Shown: piece by piece, positions 13,520 through 24,068 of the stretch | How the letters are laid out: every line of letters starts with the position of its first letter | Numbering within the stretch: position 1 is the first letter of the stretch | Assembly: GCA_963736005.1 (NCBI GenBank) | Contig: CAVTNB010000002.1 | Coordinates: forward strand, 161,364-225,363 | Length of the DNA stretch: 64,000 nucleotides | Source of the DNA: an uncultured Pseudomonadota bacterium | GTDB taxonomy: Bacteria > Vulcanimicrobiota > Vulcanimicrobiia > Eremiobacterales > Eremiobacteraceae | Reading direction: 5' to 3' | The notes under the pieces: generated by a model | What the model was told of the DNA's origin: nothing | Database searches by the model: none | What the model saw: the letters and a program-made list of their open reading frames with translations, nothing else | Made by a program: the position numbers and the translations under genes

Positions 13520-14776
13520 GTGCGGTTCCTCATTCTTACACAATACTTCCCTCCGGAAATCGGAGCTCCCCAGATTCGTTTGGCTGCCCTTGCACGATGC
13601 TTGAAGGTGTACGGTCACGAGGTTGAAGTTGTTACCGCCCTGCCGCACCACCTCATCGGAAAGATCTACCCCGCATACCAGCACAAGATCTACGTCAAGG
13701 ATAGCTTCGAGGGTATCACCGTGCATCGGACCTGGGCTTACGCAGCAACTGGCACCGGGTTTGCTCGTTTGATAAACTACCTCTCTTTCGCATTCACCTG
13801 TGCACTTGGCACCATGCGCGCAAAGCGGCCGGATTACGTCTTTGTTGAATCGCCACCACTCTTCTTAGGAGTCACGGGTGTTGCGTACTCAATGTTCCGC
13901 CGCGTTCCAATGATTTTTAATGTTGCTGATCTTTGGCCGGATTCGGTTCGAGAGCTCGGCATTTTGAAACCCGGCTTGCTGCTTTCTTTAGCCGAGCGAG
14001 TCGAGAAATGGATCTACAAACGATCCCGCTTTGTCAACTCAGTGACCGAGGGAATTAGGCATGTCCTTATCGAGCGGAAAGAGGTTTTGCAATCAAAGGT
14101 GCTCATTCTCCCCAACGGTGTCGACACGTCACTCTTTGCACCGCGTAAGCCGGATATCGCGTTGGCAAAGGAGCTCAAGCTGGATGATCACAGAATCTTT
14201 GTATATGCCGGTACGCATGGCGTTGCGCAGGGGCTGCTGACGTTGATGGACGCAGCGGCGCGGCTCAAAACTTATGGAGTCGCGCTCCTCTTCATCGGCG
14301 ACGGACCAGCAAAGCCAATGCTTCTTCGACGCGTCACCGAGGCGAACTTAACCAATGTCATCTTTGTAGGAATGCAGCCCGTCGATGAGATGCCGAGATT
14401 CTTTTCTTTGGCGACCGCCTCCATTGTCCCCCTGGTGAAGGGTGATTTGTTCAAGAGCGCCCGCCCATCGAAGATTCTCACATCTCTTGCTTCTGGAGTA
14501 CCGGTCATCTTCTGCGGCGAGGGAGAAACCGCCTCATTCTTGGATGCCAGCCGCGCCGGGCTGGTTGTTCCTCCGGAGGATCCTGAGGCTCTCGCAGATG
14601 CCATTGAGCGGTTGGCTAAGGATCCGATGTTGCGTGATGAGCTTGCAACCAATGCCCGCAGGCTCGCTCAGAACTTTGATTGGAATACGTTGGTCAGGCG
14701 GTGGCTAGACGATTTGTCAAAGGCCCAAGACAGTGCATTGAGGCAAAGTGGTTCTACACTGCCCGATGGAACATGA
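13520..14776 (+). CDS. Glycosyltransferase family 4 (WbuB-like)
   Basis: LTQYFPPEIGA, RLINYLSF, SPPLF, DLWPDS, YAGTHGVAQGL, PSKI...LASG.PV. Confidence 0.92.
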   Translation: MRFLILTQYFPPEIGAPQIRLAALARCLKVYGHEVEVVTALPHHLIGKIYPAYQHKIYVKDSFEGITVHRTWAYAATGTGFARLINYLSFAFTCALGTMRAKRPDYVFVESPPLFLGVTGVAYSMFRRVPMIFNVADLWPDSVRELGILKPGLLLSLAERVEKWIYKRSRFVNSVTEGIRHVLIERKEVLQSKVLILPNGVDTSLFAPRKPDIALAKELKLDDHRIFVYAGTHGVAQGLLTLMDAAARLKTYGVALLFIGDGPAKPMLLRRVTEANLTNVIFVGMQPVDEMPRFFSLATASIVPLVKGDLFKSARPSKILTSLASGVPVIFCGEGETASFLDASRAGLVVPPEDPEALADAIERLAKDPMLRDELATNARRLAQNFDWNTLVRRWLDDLSKAQDSALRQSGSTLPDGT

Positions 14777-16178
14777 ATTCGGCCGCTGTTTTTAGGAGCA
14801 AGGTCAGGTCCAGAAACATCGACCAATGCTCGATGTAAAACAAGTCGTGGCCAAGCACTTCGGCAACATCATCAGGCGAGAGGTTGCGCTTCATGTTTAC
14901 CTGAGCCCAACCTGTTATTCCGGGAAGTGCGAGGCGGCGCTCAATGTATGATGGAACCTCGCGAGCGAAACGCTCTTCGAACGATCGCATCTCCGGACGA
15001 GGACCAACAAGCGACATATCGCCGAGAAGAACGTTGAATAATTGAGGCAGCTCGTCGAGGCTAGTCCGTCGTAATATGCTACCTACTCGCGTGATGCGAG
15101 TGTCCCCGGGGATCGCCCAGGCCGAATCGGCATCGGTCTTCATGGTTCGGAACTTCAACATCGAAAAAATGCGACCGTATCGTCCGATGCGCTCCTGTTT
15201 GAACAGAATTGGTGTTCCGGATTCCATCCGAATCGCTAGACTGGCAATGAGCATAATTGGGGCACTCAGGACGATCGCGACGGCCGAGAAGGTAATGTCG
15301 AGAATCCTCTTGCTGAGTGTCGCCAGTGGCCAGCAGATCCTCGGATACACCGGCCGCAGGAGACGCTGGCTCCCTTTGCGTTCTAGTTCGAAGTCATACG
15401 TACCCAGCTCAATATTGGGCAAGGCGAGGGTTACAGCTGTAGGAGAGTTTTGGCACAAGGCTAGCAGTTGTCGAATGCTTCGTTCATCTTGTGAACCCGC
15501 TATTACGATTCGATCGCACCGCCACTCGATCGCAGCGTTGAACCAAGCCCTGGCGAGATCGTCACCCGATCGGATCGCCTGACCGCGCTCACTATCCACG
15601 TCGAGCGTCACAAAACTCCCACCTCCGTCGTGAGATAGGCTTTCTCGGACGACGTTCGCTTCGCTTGCGCTCCCGATTATCAGATAACGACGAGAACGGC
15701 TCTTTTCGATCGCCGCACGGACAAGATGAATTGTAGACCTCGTCGGTCCGACTAAGCCGATTGCCAGAGCTAGGGACAAGAGAAGCGCTAAACGTGAGGT
15801 TGACCAAATGGGCATGGCCGTAAAAAACAAAAGTTGCGGAATAACCCCTAGCGTTAGCGCGATGATGGTGAAGTAGAACTCATCCTTGAATGAGAGCGCC
15901 AAGGACCGGCTGTAGAGGCCCAATGCGTAAAAAATTCCGACCCAAACGCCCACGAACAAGATCGACGACGTGCGAAATCGAAAGATTGCGGCCGGCAGGT
16001 CCCAGCGGTGGTCTACAAGCGATCCAGCAATGTATGCTGCGAGAACAAACATTGCAAGGTCACTTAAGAACAGCGTGACCGACCAGAACGCCGTGTAGCG
16101 AACCGAGGGTCTAGAACTAGTTCTTACCGACCAGCCAAAGGCGTAAGCCTGCTGCTCCTCGTGCGCTCGCAAACTCAT
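14754..16178 (-). CDS. Priming undecaprenyl-phosphate sugar-1-phosphate transferase (WcaJ/WbaP-like)
   Basis: N-terminal TM helices; KRILDI, KFRTM, LRRTSLDELPQLFNVL.GDMSLVGPRPE, PGITGWAQV, DLFYI. Confidence 0.95.
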   Translation of the reverse strand: MSLRAHEEQQAYAFGWSVRTSSRPSVRYTAFWSVTLFLSDLAMFVLAAYIAGSLVDHRWDLPAAIFRFRTSSILFVGVWVGIFYALGLYSRSLALSFKDEFYFTIIALTLGVIPQLLFFTAMPIWSTSRLALLLSLALAIGLVGPTRSTIHLVRAAIEKSRSRRYLIIGSASEANVVRESLSHDGGGSFVTLDVDSERGQAIRSGDDLARAWFNAAIEWRCDRIVIAGSQDERSIRQLLALCQNSPTAVTLALPNIELGTYDFELERKGSQRLLRPVYPRICWPLATLSKRILDITFSAVAIVLSAPIMLIASLAIRMESGTPILFKQERIGRYGRIFSMLKFRTMKTDADSAWAIPGDTRITRVGSILRRTSLDELPQLFNVLLGDMSLVGPRPEMRSFEERFAREVPSYIERRLALPGITGWAQVNMKRNLSPDDVAEVLGHDLFYIEHWSMFLDLTLLLKTAAEFMFHRAV

Positions 16179-16426
16179 TGTAGTGACTTCATTAGGCCTC
16201 AGTCCGCCAATCCTATTCCGGCTAAAGATTTGGTGTGAGGGTCCAAAAGGCCCAAACGCTAGCGCTTCTTCCTTCTGCTACGAGTTCACATTGCGGCTCT
16301 GAAGATCAATGACCACGTCACACCAATCGGGGGAAAGCCCACCTCTTGCGCCAAGACGAGCAACAAAGAACCGCCTCGATGACTCTGCCGAGTCAAGCTC
16401 GGAGCGCCTCCTCGCGCTGAATAAAC

Positions 16427-18289
16427 ATGCGAATTGCTGTTGTTGTCGGCTTTGACTACCACGCTGCTTTGTTCTGCAAGAAGACAAATGCTTACGCCAC
16501 GTCATGGCACTTTGACTATTACCCTTCGACGCGGGTTGGAATCGTGCAAGCCTTTCTAAGGATTCGAGATGCGGACGCGCTCATTCGATTTGGTGGTCCA
16601 GCGCCACATCCCATTCTGATGGCTGCGGCTCGTGCGAGAAAAATTCCCATCATCGTCATTTGGGCGGGGACAGACGTCAGCTTGCTCCTAGAACGACCAT
16701 ACAAGGTCTCGCAGGTACTACGGGCAGAGATCACCCACCTAGCGGTTGCTCCCTGGCTTGCAGACGAGTTGAAACAGGCTGGGATTGCGGCGCAATATAT
16801 CCCTATCATCGGGATGAATCCAAATTATGGCTCTGACATACCCAAGGGGGAATTCAGCGTACTCAGTTACTTACCAGAGCCTCGCCGCGACTTCTACGGT
16901 AGGCAACACGTCTACGACGTTGCGCGAAGGCTTCCAGACGTAAACTTTCTGATTGTTGGACCTGGTTCGCCAGACGGGAATGCGCCTCCTAACACCAGTT
17001 TCTTGGGTCTGCTACCTGATATCACATCGATTATAGATCGTTGCGCCGCTTTACTGAGAGTGCCCGACCACGATGGCATGTCCCTCGTAGTTCTTGAGGC
17101 CCTTTCGCGGGGCAGATTTGTGGCCTGGAAATATGACCTTCCTGGCGTACAACAGGTGGCGACTTCGAACGATACCGTCAAGTTTCTATCGACCTTGCGT
17201 GCTCAATTGGCTTCGGACGGTGCACAATCTAATACTCTAGGAATCAACTTTATCGCAACCCGTTATGACGAACGAGAAGTCGCGCTCGGTGTGGAGCGCC
17301 TCTTAAATCAAATCGTCGATGCAAGGCACCGTTTGACGGCAGACTCTCGCCAGGTCGTGGTCTTCGGGCTCGATATTTTTGTAGCGGACCTGGCAAACTT
17401 GAATAACCAGACGATCACGGGGTGGAATGCCGAGGTCTTGCAACTTGAAACAAAATATGAAGCTTTTGGCGCCCTCTTGAATCTAGCAAAAAGCGACGTC
17501 ATCTATACGGTGGGAGCGCCAGCGCTTGGCCGTGCGGCGAACTTTGTGGCAAACATCACGAGAAAGCCCAGGGTCATGCACTGGGTCGGGACCGATATTG
17601 AAGTTGCGCGCAGGAATCCGAAATTGTCGCGGAGGCTTAACCGGCCACTCATTACCCATCTCGCTGAGGTTGAATGGGAGGCCGATGAGTTGCGATCCAT
17701 TGGAATTCACGCGCAGATTGTTCCTCTACCGCCCCGACTTTCAGGGCCAGTTTCCTTGACACCATTGCCGAGCGAGTTTACGTTGCTAACGTACCTCCCA
17801 CGCGTGAGGGCCGACTTCTACGGCAGACGAGAATTAGAATTCATTATGCGATCGTTTTGCAACGAACCCATAAAGTTCCTCATCGTGGGAGGCGGGGCGA
17901 TTGATGTGCCGCCGGGCGTAAACGCAGATAATCTAGGCTGGTGCTATTCACTGACCGAGGTTTACGCGAGATCCTCCGCACTGTTTCGGTTTACGCCGCG
18001 CGATGGTCTTTCGCTCATGGTTCTGGAAGCACTTTCGTTTGGTAGACATGTGTTGTGGACGCAGAGCTTCCCATTTGTAACACAGGTGCTTTCTGTTGAA
18101 GGCGCCATCGATGCATTGAACTATTTGCTTGATCGTTTTCAAAAGGGCCGCCTCGCGCCGCAAGCGGATGCCGCTGAGTTCGTTCGCACCGCGTATGACC
18201 GGAAGCGATGCATCAGCCGAATAGCGGGCGTTTGGGATTCGGCAGTCCGTCACAAGAGCGACGACTCAGCCAGGGGCGCGCTAGAATAG
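16427..18289 (+). CDS. Protein with two tandem GT-B/GT4-like glycosyltransferase units
   Basis: Internal repeat: WAGTDV...SYLPEPRRDFYG...HDGMSLVVLEALSRGR and WVGTDI...TYLPRVRADFYG...RDGLSLMVLEALSFGR. Confidence 0.8.
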   Translation: MRIAVVVGFDYHAALFCKKTNAYATSWHFDYYPSTRVGIVQAFLRIRDADALIRFGGPAPHPILMAAARARKIPIIVIWAGTDVSLLLERPYKVSQVLRAEITHLAVAPWLADELKQAGIAAQYIPIIGMNPNYGSDIPKGEFSVLSYLPEPRRDFYGRQHVYDVARRLPDVNFLIVGPGSPDGNAPPNTSFLGLLPDITSIIDRCAALLRVPDHDGMSLVVLEALSRGRFVAWKYDLPGVQQVATSNDTVKFLSTLRAQLASDGAQSNTLGINFIATRYDEREVALGVERLLNQIVDARHRLTADSRQVVVFGLDIFVADLANLNNQTITGWNAEVLQLETKYEAFGALLNLAKSDVIYTVGAPALGRAANFVANITRKPRVMHWVGTDIEVARRNPKLSRRLNRPLITHLAEVEWEADELRSIGIHAQIVPLPPRLSGPVSLTPLPSEFTLLTYLPRVRADFYGRRELEFIMRSFCNEPIKFLIVGGGAIDVPPGVNADNLGWCYSLTEVYARSSALFRFTPRDGLSLMVLEALSFGRHVLWTQSFPFVTQVLSVEGAIDALNYLLDRFQKGRLAPQADAAEFVRTAYDRKRCISRIAGVWDSAVRHKSDDSARGALE

Positions 18290-18423
18290 GTGGGAGCGAA
18301 GGAGCACAAAAAGCGCTGTGTTTATTTTTTTGCGCATGCATGCAAGGCGGAGGTAGAACTTCAGTCCGCCGTAGGACTTAAGTCCGAATGTAGGCAACAA
18401 GTTCGCTTGAACAGCGTTAATAA

Positions 18424-20274
18424 ATGTGCGGAATCGCGGGCATTGCCCAGTTTGATCACGCTCCCAGCCTAGCCATCGTCAAGGCGATGACCGATGCACT
18501 GGCCCACCGCGGTCCAGACGGAGAGGGGTTTTTTTGTAGCGATCACGTGGCGTTGGGACACCGCAGGCTCAAAATCATCGATCTCAGCGACGCAGCTAGA
18601 CAGCCCATCGCAGATGCATCTGGGAATGCCGTCGTCACATACAACGGCGAAATTTACAACTACCGCGAACTGAGAGAGACGTTGGCCGCCCGCGGTCATC
18701 GCTTCGCGAGCCGCACCGATTCGGAAACGATTCCGGCGGCCTACGCTGAGTGGGGTGACTCCTTTTTGGAGCACTTGCATGGAATGTTTGCGTTTGCTCT
18801 CTACGACACACGGAAACGCCGACTGCTGTTGGTCCGCGATCGCATTGGTATCAAGCCGTTATATTTTGTCCGGCAGCCAACGTTTGTAGCGTTTGCGTCA
18901 GAACCGAAGGCCTTTATAGCCGCCGGCCTCGTACGGCCGCAGCCGAACATTCCCGCGATCGCGAATTACATTCAACTCGGATATCACCAACGCGATCAAA
19001 GTTGGTATGCAGATGTTCACGAGTTGCCACCTGGACATTTTGCCATCATATCGCCGGACGGCAATTTTCAAGTGCAACCCTTCTGGGAGTTACCACATCC
19101 GCGCAAAGAACTGGGCGATGATCCCAGCGGTTTGCTTCGAACGTTACTTGAGGAAGCCGCCCGCACGCATTTGCAAAGCGATGTGCCCCTTGGCGCGCAC
19201 CTTTCGGGCGGGATTGATTCAAGTTCCGTCGTCGCCCTGTTATCGCGACAGTTGCGCGAGAAGCTGCACACTTTTAGTGTATACTTCCGCGAGGGGGCTT
19301 ACTACGATGAGCGCCCCTTTATTGAGGAAGTCTCTCAGCAATACGGCACTGAACATCATTACACGGTGCCTGACTGGCGGGAAGCACAGAATGCCTTGCC
19401 GGCAATCATTCATGCGGTTGATGGCATAACAGCCGGTCCCGGTGTAATACCCGCCTACCTGTTAAGCCAGGACATTCGAGCTCGAGGCGTAGTGGTAACC
19501 AATGGTGGGCAGGGTGGAGATGAAATGTTCGCTGGCTATCCCCGACACCTGTTGCCGTACGCTCTGAACGAGATAAGTTCGGGGGGGGCTGGATGGCACA
19601 ACGGTCTTGCGGCTCTGGGAAGACTTGGCGCTATGGGCTTGCTTCGAGATGCGGCCGAACGAGCGTTAACCCCGGGCACCCTCATGCTTCACAAAGACTT
19701 GCGGAAGCGGGTTCGTCCTTTCCGCCGCAGTTTGCGCTTTGGCGACCTGTTTCGCGAATATCTTACCGGCTATCTGCATTGTCTTCTCCACGTCGAAGAT
19801 CGCACGAGCATGGCATCGTCCGTCGAGTCCCGAGTGCCGCTGCTTGATGATTCCATCGTCGACTTCGCCGCCTCGATGCACTCCCGATGGAAGCTGCGAG
19901 ACGGCATACCGAAGCGTGTGCTACGAGACGCCGTTCAAGACCTATTGCCAGAAAAGGTGCTCCACCGTCGAGATAAGCGCGGTCTTCCCACTCCATTTGG
20001 GATCTGGATCCGAGGCCCGATGAAAGAGTACGCCCAAGCCATCCTCACGGATCCAATATTGAAGGCTGAGCCCATTCTCGCCACTTCCCGCGTCGAGCAT
20101 CTCTTCAAGTTGCATTGCCAAGGAAAGGCAGATCTCGGCGGCCTCCTCTGGAGACCCGTGGCGGTTGGAATCTGGCTTCAAAACCTTCGCACGCTGAGGG
20201 AATCAAGCGCCGGTCTGCCGTCCAGTGAGATATTAGGTCACCCACCGGGCGTCGCCGCCATCACGACTCGATAA
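18424..20274 (+). CDS. asnB: Asparagine synthase-like glutamine amidotransferase (WbpS-type role in polysaccharide amidation inferred)
   Basis: MCGIAG (Ntn Cys), HRGPD, HRRL.IID, YNGEIYN, LSGGIDSS, GQGGDE, ESRVPLLD. Confidence 0.93.
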   Translation: MCGIAGIAQFDHAPSLAIVKAMTDALAHRGPDGEGFFCSDHVALGHRRLKIIDLSDAARQPIADASGNAVVTYNGEIYNYRELRETLAARGHRFASRTDSETIPAAYAEWGDSFLEHLHGMFAFALYDTRKRRLLLVRDRIGIKPLYFVRQPTFVAFASEPKAFIAAGLVRPQPNIPAIANYIQLGYHQRDQSWYADVHELPPGHFAIISPDGNFQVQPFWELPHPRKELGDDPSGLLRTLLEEAARTHLQSDVPLGAHLSGGIDSSSVVALLSRQLREKLHTFSVYFREGAYYDERPFIEEVSQQYGTEHHYTVPDWREAQNALPAIIHAVDGITAGPGVIPAYLLSQDIRARGVVVTNGGQGGDEMFAGYPRHLLPYALNEISSGGAGWHNGLAALGRLGAMGLLRDAAERALTPGTLMLHKDLRKRVRPFRRSLRFGDLFREYLTGYLHCLLHVEDRTSMASSVESRVPLLDDSIVDFAASMHSRWKLRDGIPKRVLRDAVQDLLPEKVLHRRDKRGLPTPFGIWIRGPMKEYAQAILTDPILKAEPILATSRVEHLFKLHCQGKADLGGLLWRPVAVGIWLQNLRTLRESSAGLPSSEILGHPPGVAAITTR

Positions 20275-21679
20275 CGCCCTGCGCTTTGGTCATCAACCTC
20301 AAGAGAGTCTGCGCCGAGGTCCTAGCGTTAAAGGCGTCGCTAACTCTTTGTGCGGCTCGCTGACCCATTGCCTTACGGCGTGACGGATTCGCTGCCAGGG
20401 TGATGATCGCTTCACTCAGCTCCGTTGGATTGCGTTGACCTACGAGAATCCCCGATCCAGGATCGATGAGTTCAGCGATGGCTCCTGTACGTGTCGCAAC
20501 ACATGGGATGCCTAACGCCATTGCCTCAATGAGGGACACCGGGATGCCCTCGAATTCATTGCCAAGTTCTACGCTTGCAAGGACCGCTGCGTCATAGACT
20601 CCGGATTGCAATTGCTGCAGTAAGATTTTGTGGTTAATCATACCCGGCATCGAGACCGTATTCTCGAGTCGTAATTGCTTGATGCGCCGCATCAATGTTC
20701 TCTGAAGTGGTCCTTTCCCAGCAAGAACACAAGTGCATTTGACACCGGCTTCGGCAACCTTGTGCAACGCCTCGAGGAGATAGGTATGTCCTTTAACAGG
20801 AATGAGATATGCCGGACAAATCAGATGAATGTGACCAGGCAATGAATTGCGATCGAGTCTGGCCTCAACAGGCACCGCGACACCTAAGTGTAGTACCTGA
20901 ACGTGCTCCCGAGATGGACCGACTACCCTACGAAGAATCCCCTGTTGCCCCAGTCGAGAGACAGCCCGCCCAAAGGTGGCAGATTCCGTTTTTTCGGCAA
21001 TAAGGTTGTCTTCCATAAAGATATCCCAACTGTGCGCACTGTAACTCCAATCCACACCTGTAACTTGCGATGCAATAAAACCGACCGTTGCCGAAGTGGA
21101 AAGCCAATACGCGTGTATATGTTGTATACCGCTCGCCGCCACCACATCTGCAACCGCAAGGCCCGTTGGGAACACCACAAGGTTCTTTACCTTGGTTTTC
21201 AGGCTATTCCGTGATCGAAGAATGGACAGCAGCGCCCCGCAGGCGCCTCGTACGTTGCGAAGCAGTCCGTAACATGCCCTGTAAAGCGTCCTTGGTGCAA
21301 AAGGTAGGAATCTCACAACATTGATGCGGAGGTCGCGATGAGTGTTCTGAATGCTCCTCGGTGCCGACGGAAAAACTGTGATTTTACAACCCAGTTGCGA
21401 GAGCGCAACGAGCTCTGCATGCAGAAACTCCTCGCCCCAACCAAACGGGAAGGTCGAGGTGATGATACCAATCGAGACTTCTCTAACGGTGCTATCTGGT
21501 GTCGCTCGTGTTTGAATGTTTTGCAGTGCTAATCCGGGAATGTTGTCTCCAAACATGAGTGAAGTTGAGCTTGGAGGCACCCACCGAAATAGCCTTGGGA
21601 CGCCTTTCCCAACCATGAGGGCGACCGTATCGTGCGGTCTAGCCACGGAGCGTCTGAGCGCCGCCAAATGCCGCATCAA
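20261..21679 (-). CDS. Glycosyltransferase family 4 (WcaL-like); true start probably downstream of the ORF start
   Basis: HIHAYW, YSAHSWDIF, KGH.YLLEA, EGIPVSLIEAMALGIPCVAT. Confidence 0.9.
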   Translation of the reverse strand: MMRHLAALRRSVARPHDTVALMVGKGVPRLFRWVPPSSTSLMFGDNIPGLALQNIQTRATPDSTVREVSIGIITSTFPFGWGEEFLHAELVALSQLGCKITVFPSAPRSIQNTHRDLRINVVRFLPFAPRTLYRACYGLLRNVRGACGALLSILRSRNSLKTKVKNLVVFPTGLAVADVVAASGIQHIHAYWLSTSATVGFIASQVTGVDWSYSAHSWDIFMEDNLIAEKTESATFGRAVSRLGQQGILRRVVGPSREHVQVLHLGVAVPVEARLDRNSLPGHIHLICPAYLIPVKGHTYLLEALHKVAEAGVKCTCVLAGKGPLQRTLMRRIKQLRLENTVSMPGMINHKILLQQLQSGVYDAAVLASVELGNEFEGIPVSLIEAMALGIPCVATRTGAIAELIDPGSGILVGQRNPTELSEAIITLAANPSRRKAMGQRAAQRVSDAFNARTSAQTLLRLMTKAQGVIES

Positions 21680-21697
21680 ACCTAAGACCTGGCAGTA

Positions 21698-23035
21698 TTG
21701 AGCAGAAGTGGTTTTTCTCCGGGGGGCAGCAAGGCAAAAAGGGTCCTCTTACTGGCCTTTTTTTTCCCGCCTCGCGTAACCACGGGCAGCTTGCGCGCGA
21801 CCTACCTCGCGAAGTATTTGCCTGGATTCGACTGGCGCGTTACTGTCGTTACCGCCAAGACCAAAACTGGCGCTCCCCCCGAGTGGGCGGAGGTTATAGA
21901 GACAAACTATGAAGATATTGTCCAGCGAGTCAAGAGGTATGTTGGCATACGTCCGGAGGTTTCTGCCAACTCACTGGGGTCGACGTCCAAAATGGGTTCA
22001 AGAATGACCATCAAACAGCGTTTTGTCGAGCAAGCTTACCGCCTCTTGACCTTTCCCGATCCATACGCGGGCTGGCTTAAACCGGGACTTCAGGCCGTAA
22101 GGCAGCTCTTGGCGTCGGAGAAATACGACGCTCTTTTAAGTACCTCATACCCATATACTGCCCATCTAATTGCGAGTCGAGCACTTGCCAAAAGAGCGAT
22201 CCCATGGGTCGCTGATCTTCGTGATGCTTGGCGGGGTAATCATTATGAAATCTCGCCCATCAGTTCATTACTCAATAGCCTTCTGGAACGAAAGACGCTA
22301 AAGAGATCAACCGCCATCACCACAGTCTCCACACCTCTCGCTCAACTAATACACGCCAATAATCCCGCCATTCCCACAATCGCAATTCCAAACGCTTTTG
22401 ATCCTGAGGAGTGGCGTGATGTGCCGTACACAAGACCATCTAAGTTTACATTAACGTACGCCGGTTCACTGTTGCAAGGCTTTCGTGATCCTGAGCCTCT
22501 CCTCGATGCGTTGATAGACGAGTTCCAAGCCTCTGGGATTGAGCGCGAGCGCGTTGAGATAGTTCTTTACGTGCGACGAGAGAAATGGCTTGAGGAAGCA
22601 ATCATTAGGCGGGGGCTAGGCGACGTTGTCACATTAAAAGGATATGTAGACCGCGCTGAAGTCCTGAAAGCGGAACGAGCAACTTCTGTGAATGTACTGT
22701 TACTGCGAGATCATCCTGACGAGAGCGGGGTCTATACTGGCAAACTTTTCGAATACCTTGGCGCTGGGCTCCCTATTATTGCCATCGGCGGGCCGGAACA
22801 ATCCGTTGTGCGCGACCTATTGGACCGTGTCGGTGGTTCCTACGTACGGACGCTGCCAGAGATTCGCATGGCGCTGAGAAAGCTTTATCTCTTATGGGAT
22901 GGCGGCGCTGATTTGAAGTTAGACGGCACGCTCACTAAAGAATTCTCGGCAGTTAGAATGGCTAGACGTTTTGCTGACGTGCTCGAAGCTGCCATATCGA
23001 AGCAATCAGTTACCACCGATCAGCTTTCGGTCTGA
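21698..23035 (+). CDS. Glycosyltransferase family 4
   Basis: LLAFFFPP, FPDPY.GW, WVADLRD.W, IPNAFD, TYAGSL, GKLFEYL..G.PI. Confidence 0.9.
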   Translation: MSRSGFSPGGSKAKRVLLLAFFFPPRVTTGSLRATYLAKYLPGFDWRVTVVTAKTKTGAPPEWAEVIETNYEDIVQRVKRYVGIRPEVSANSLGSTSKMGSRMTIKQRFVEQAYRLLTFPDPYAGWLKPGLQAVRQLLASEKYDALLSTSYPYTAHLIASRALAKRAIPWVADLRDAWRGNHYEISPISSLLNSLLERKTLKRSTAITTVSTPLAQLIHANNPAIPTIAIPNAFDPEEWRDVPYTRPSKFTLTYAGSLLQGFRDPEPLLDALIDEFQASGIERERVEIVLYVRREKWLEEAIIRRGLGDVVTLKGYVDRAEVLKAERATSVNVLLLRDHPDESGVYTGKLFEYLGAGLPIIAIGGPEQSVVRDLLDRVGGSYVRTLPEIRMALRKLYLLWDGGADLKLDGTLTKEFSAVRMARRFADVLEAAISKQSVTTDQLSV

Positions 23036-24048
23036 TGGGGTCAGTAATTAAGTCGATAGACGCTCTCGTCAGTGAAGAAATCAACGCCTTCTTAACCTTC
23101 TGTCGTAAGACGCGGGGTGCTCTCTATGTTGATTTGAATCATGATGTCAAGAATTCAATACTTGTCGCAGGTAGCGGACGGGGCGGAACAACGTGGCTGG
23201 CCGAGATCATTAATGCCGATAACAGTTTTCGCGATATTTTCGAGCCGTTCAACCCTAGAAGGGTGCGCTCTGTAAAAGACTTCAATTATCGCCAGTATCT
23301 ACGGCCAATGGACCGCGATCCTCGTTATCTTCGGCCGGCGCATCTGGTTTTTTCGGGCAAGCTTAGAGACGACTGGACGGACCAATACAACCGGCGGTTC
23401 TTTTGCACAAGAAGGCTCGTAAAAGATATCCGTGTTAATCTTATGCTGAAGTGGATCCACGATAATTTTCTAGAAATGCCGATTATTTTCTTGCTAAGAC
23501 ATCCCTGTGCCGTTGCAGTCTCTCGACTTTCTCAACGATGGAAGAGCTCAACAGCGATCGAGGACTTTTTGTCGCAGCACACCCTTATTGAGGATCACCT
23601 AAAGCAGTTTATGCCCATTATCACCGCCACCAGATCTGATTTCGAACAACACGTGCTTGTCTGGTGCATAGAGAATTACGTACCTCTACGCACGTTACGG
23701 AAAAGTGACGCGCTTGTAGTCTTTTATGAGAACCTGTGTACGCGACCGGAAACCGAGCTTAACCGGATAGCCGAGTATTTGAAACTGGGACGGCTTGAGC
23801 TGATGATGAAGCGTATAAAAAAACCATCATCGCAGACTAGGAAGAGAGCTAGCGCAATCGTGCTTGGCGAAGACCCGGTTTCCTCTTGGAGAAAAATGGT
23901 TGATCAGGCTATGCTTAACTCGGCGCACGACCTACTGACCGTTTTTGGGCTCACTGGATTGTACGCGAGAGATCCTTTTCCGCTGGTTGATTCTGACGAT
24001 GTCTTACGATCACCTGGTAGCAACTTCTCGCACAGCGCGCACTATTGA
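23035..24048 (+). CDS. PAPS-dependent sulfotransferase
   Basis: 5'-PSB loop AGSGRGGTTWL, FEP, 3'-PB motif LLRHPCAVAVS, VFYENL. Confidence 0.85.
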   Translation: MGSVIKSIDALVSEEINAFLTFCRKTRGALYVDLNHDVKNSILVAGSGRGGTTWLAEIINADNSFRDIFEPFNPRRVRSVKDFNYRQYLRPMDRDPRYLRPAHLVFSGKLRDDWTDQYNRRFFCTRRLVKDIRVNLMLKWIHDNFLEMPIIFLLRHPCAVAVSRLSQRWKSSTAIEDFLSQHTLIEDHLKQFMPIITATRSDFEQHVLVWCIENYVPLRTLRKSDALVVFYENLCTRPETELNRIAEYLKLGRLELMMKRIKKPSSQTRKRASAIVLGEDPVSSWRKMVDQAMLNSAHDLLTVFGLTGLYARDPFPLVDSDDVLRSPGSNFSHSAHY

Positions 24049-24068
24049 GCTAAGCGGAGATTCAATGC

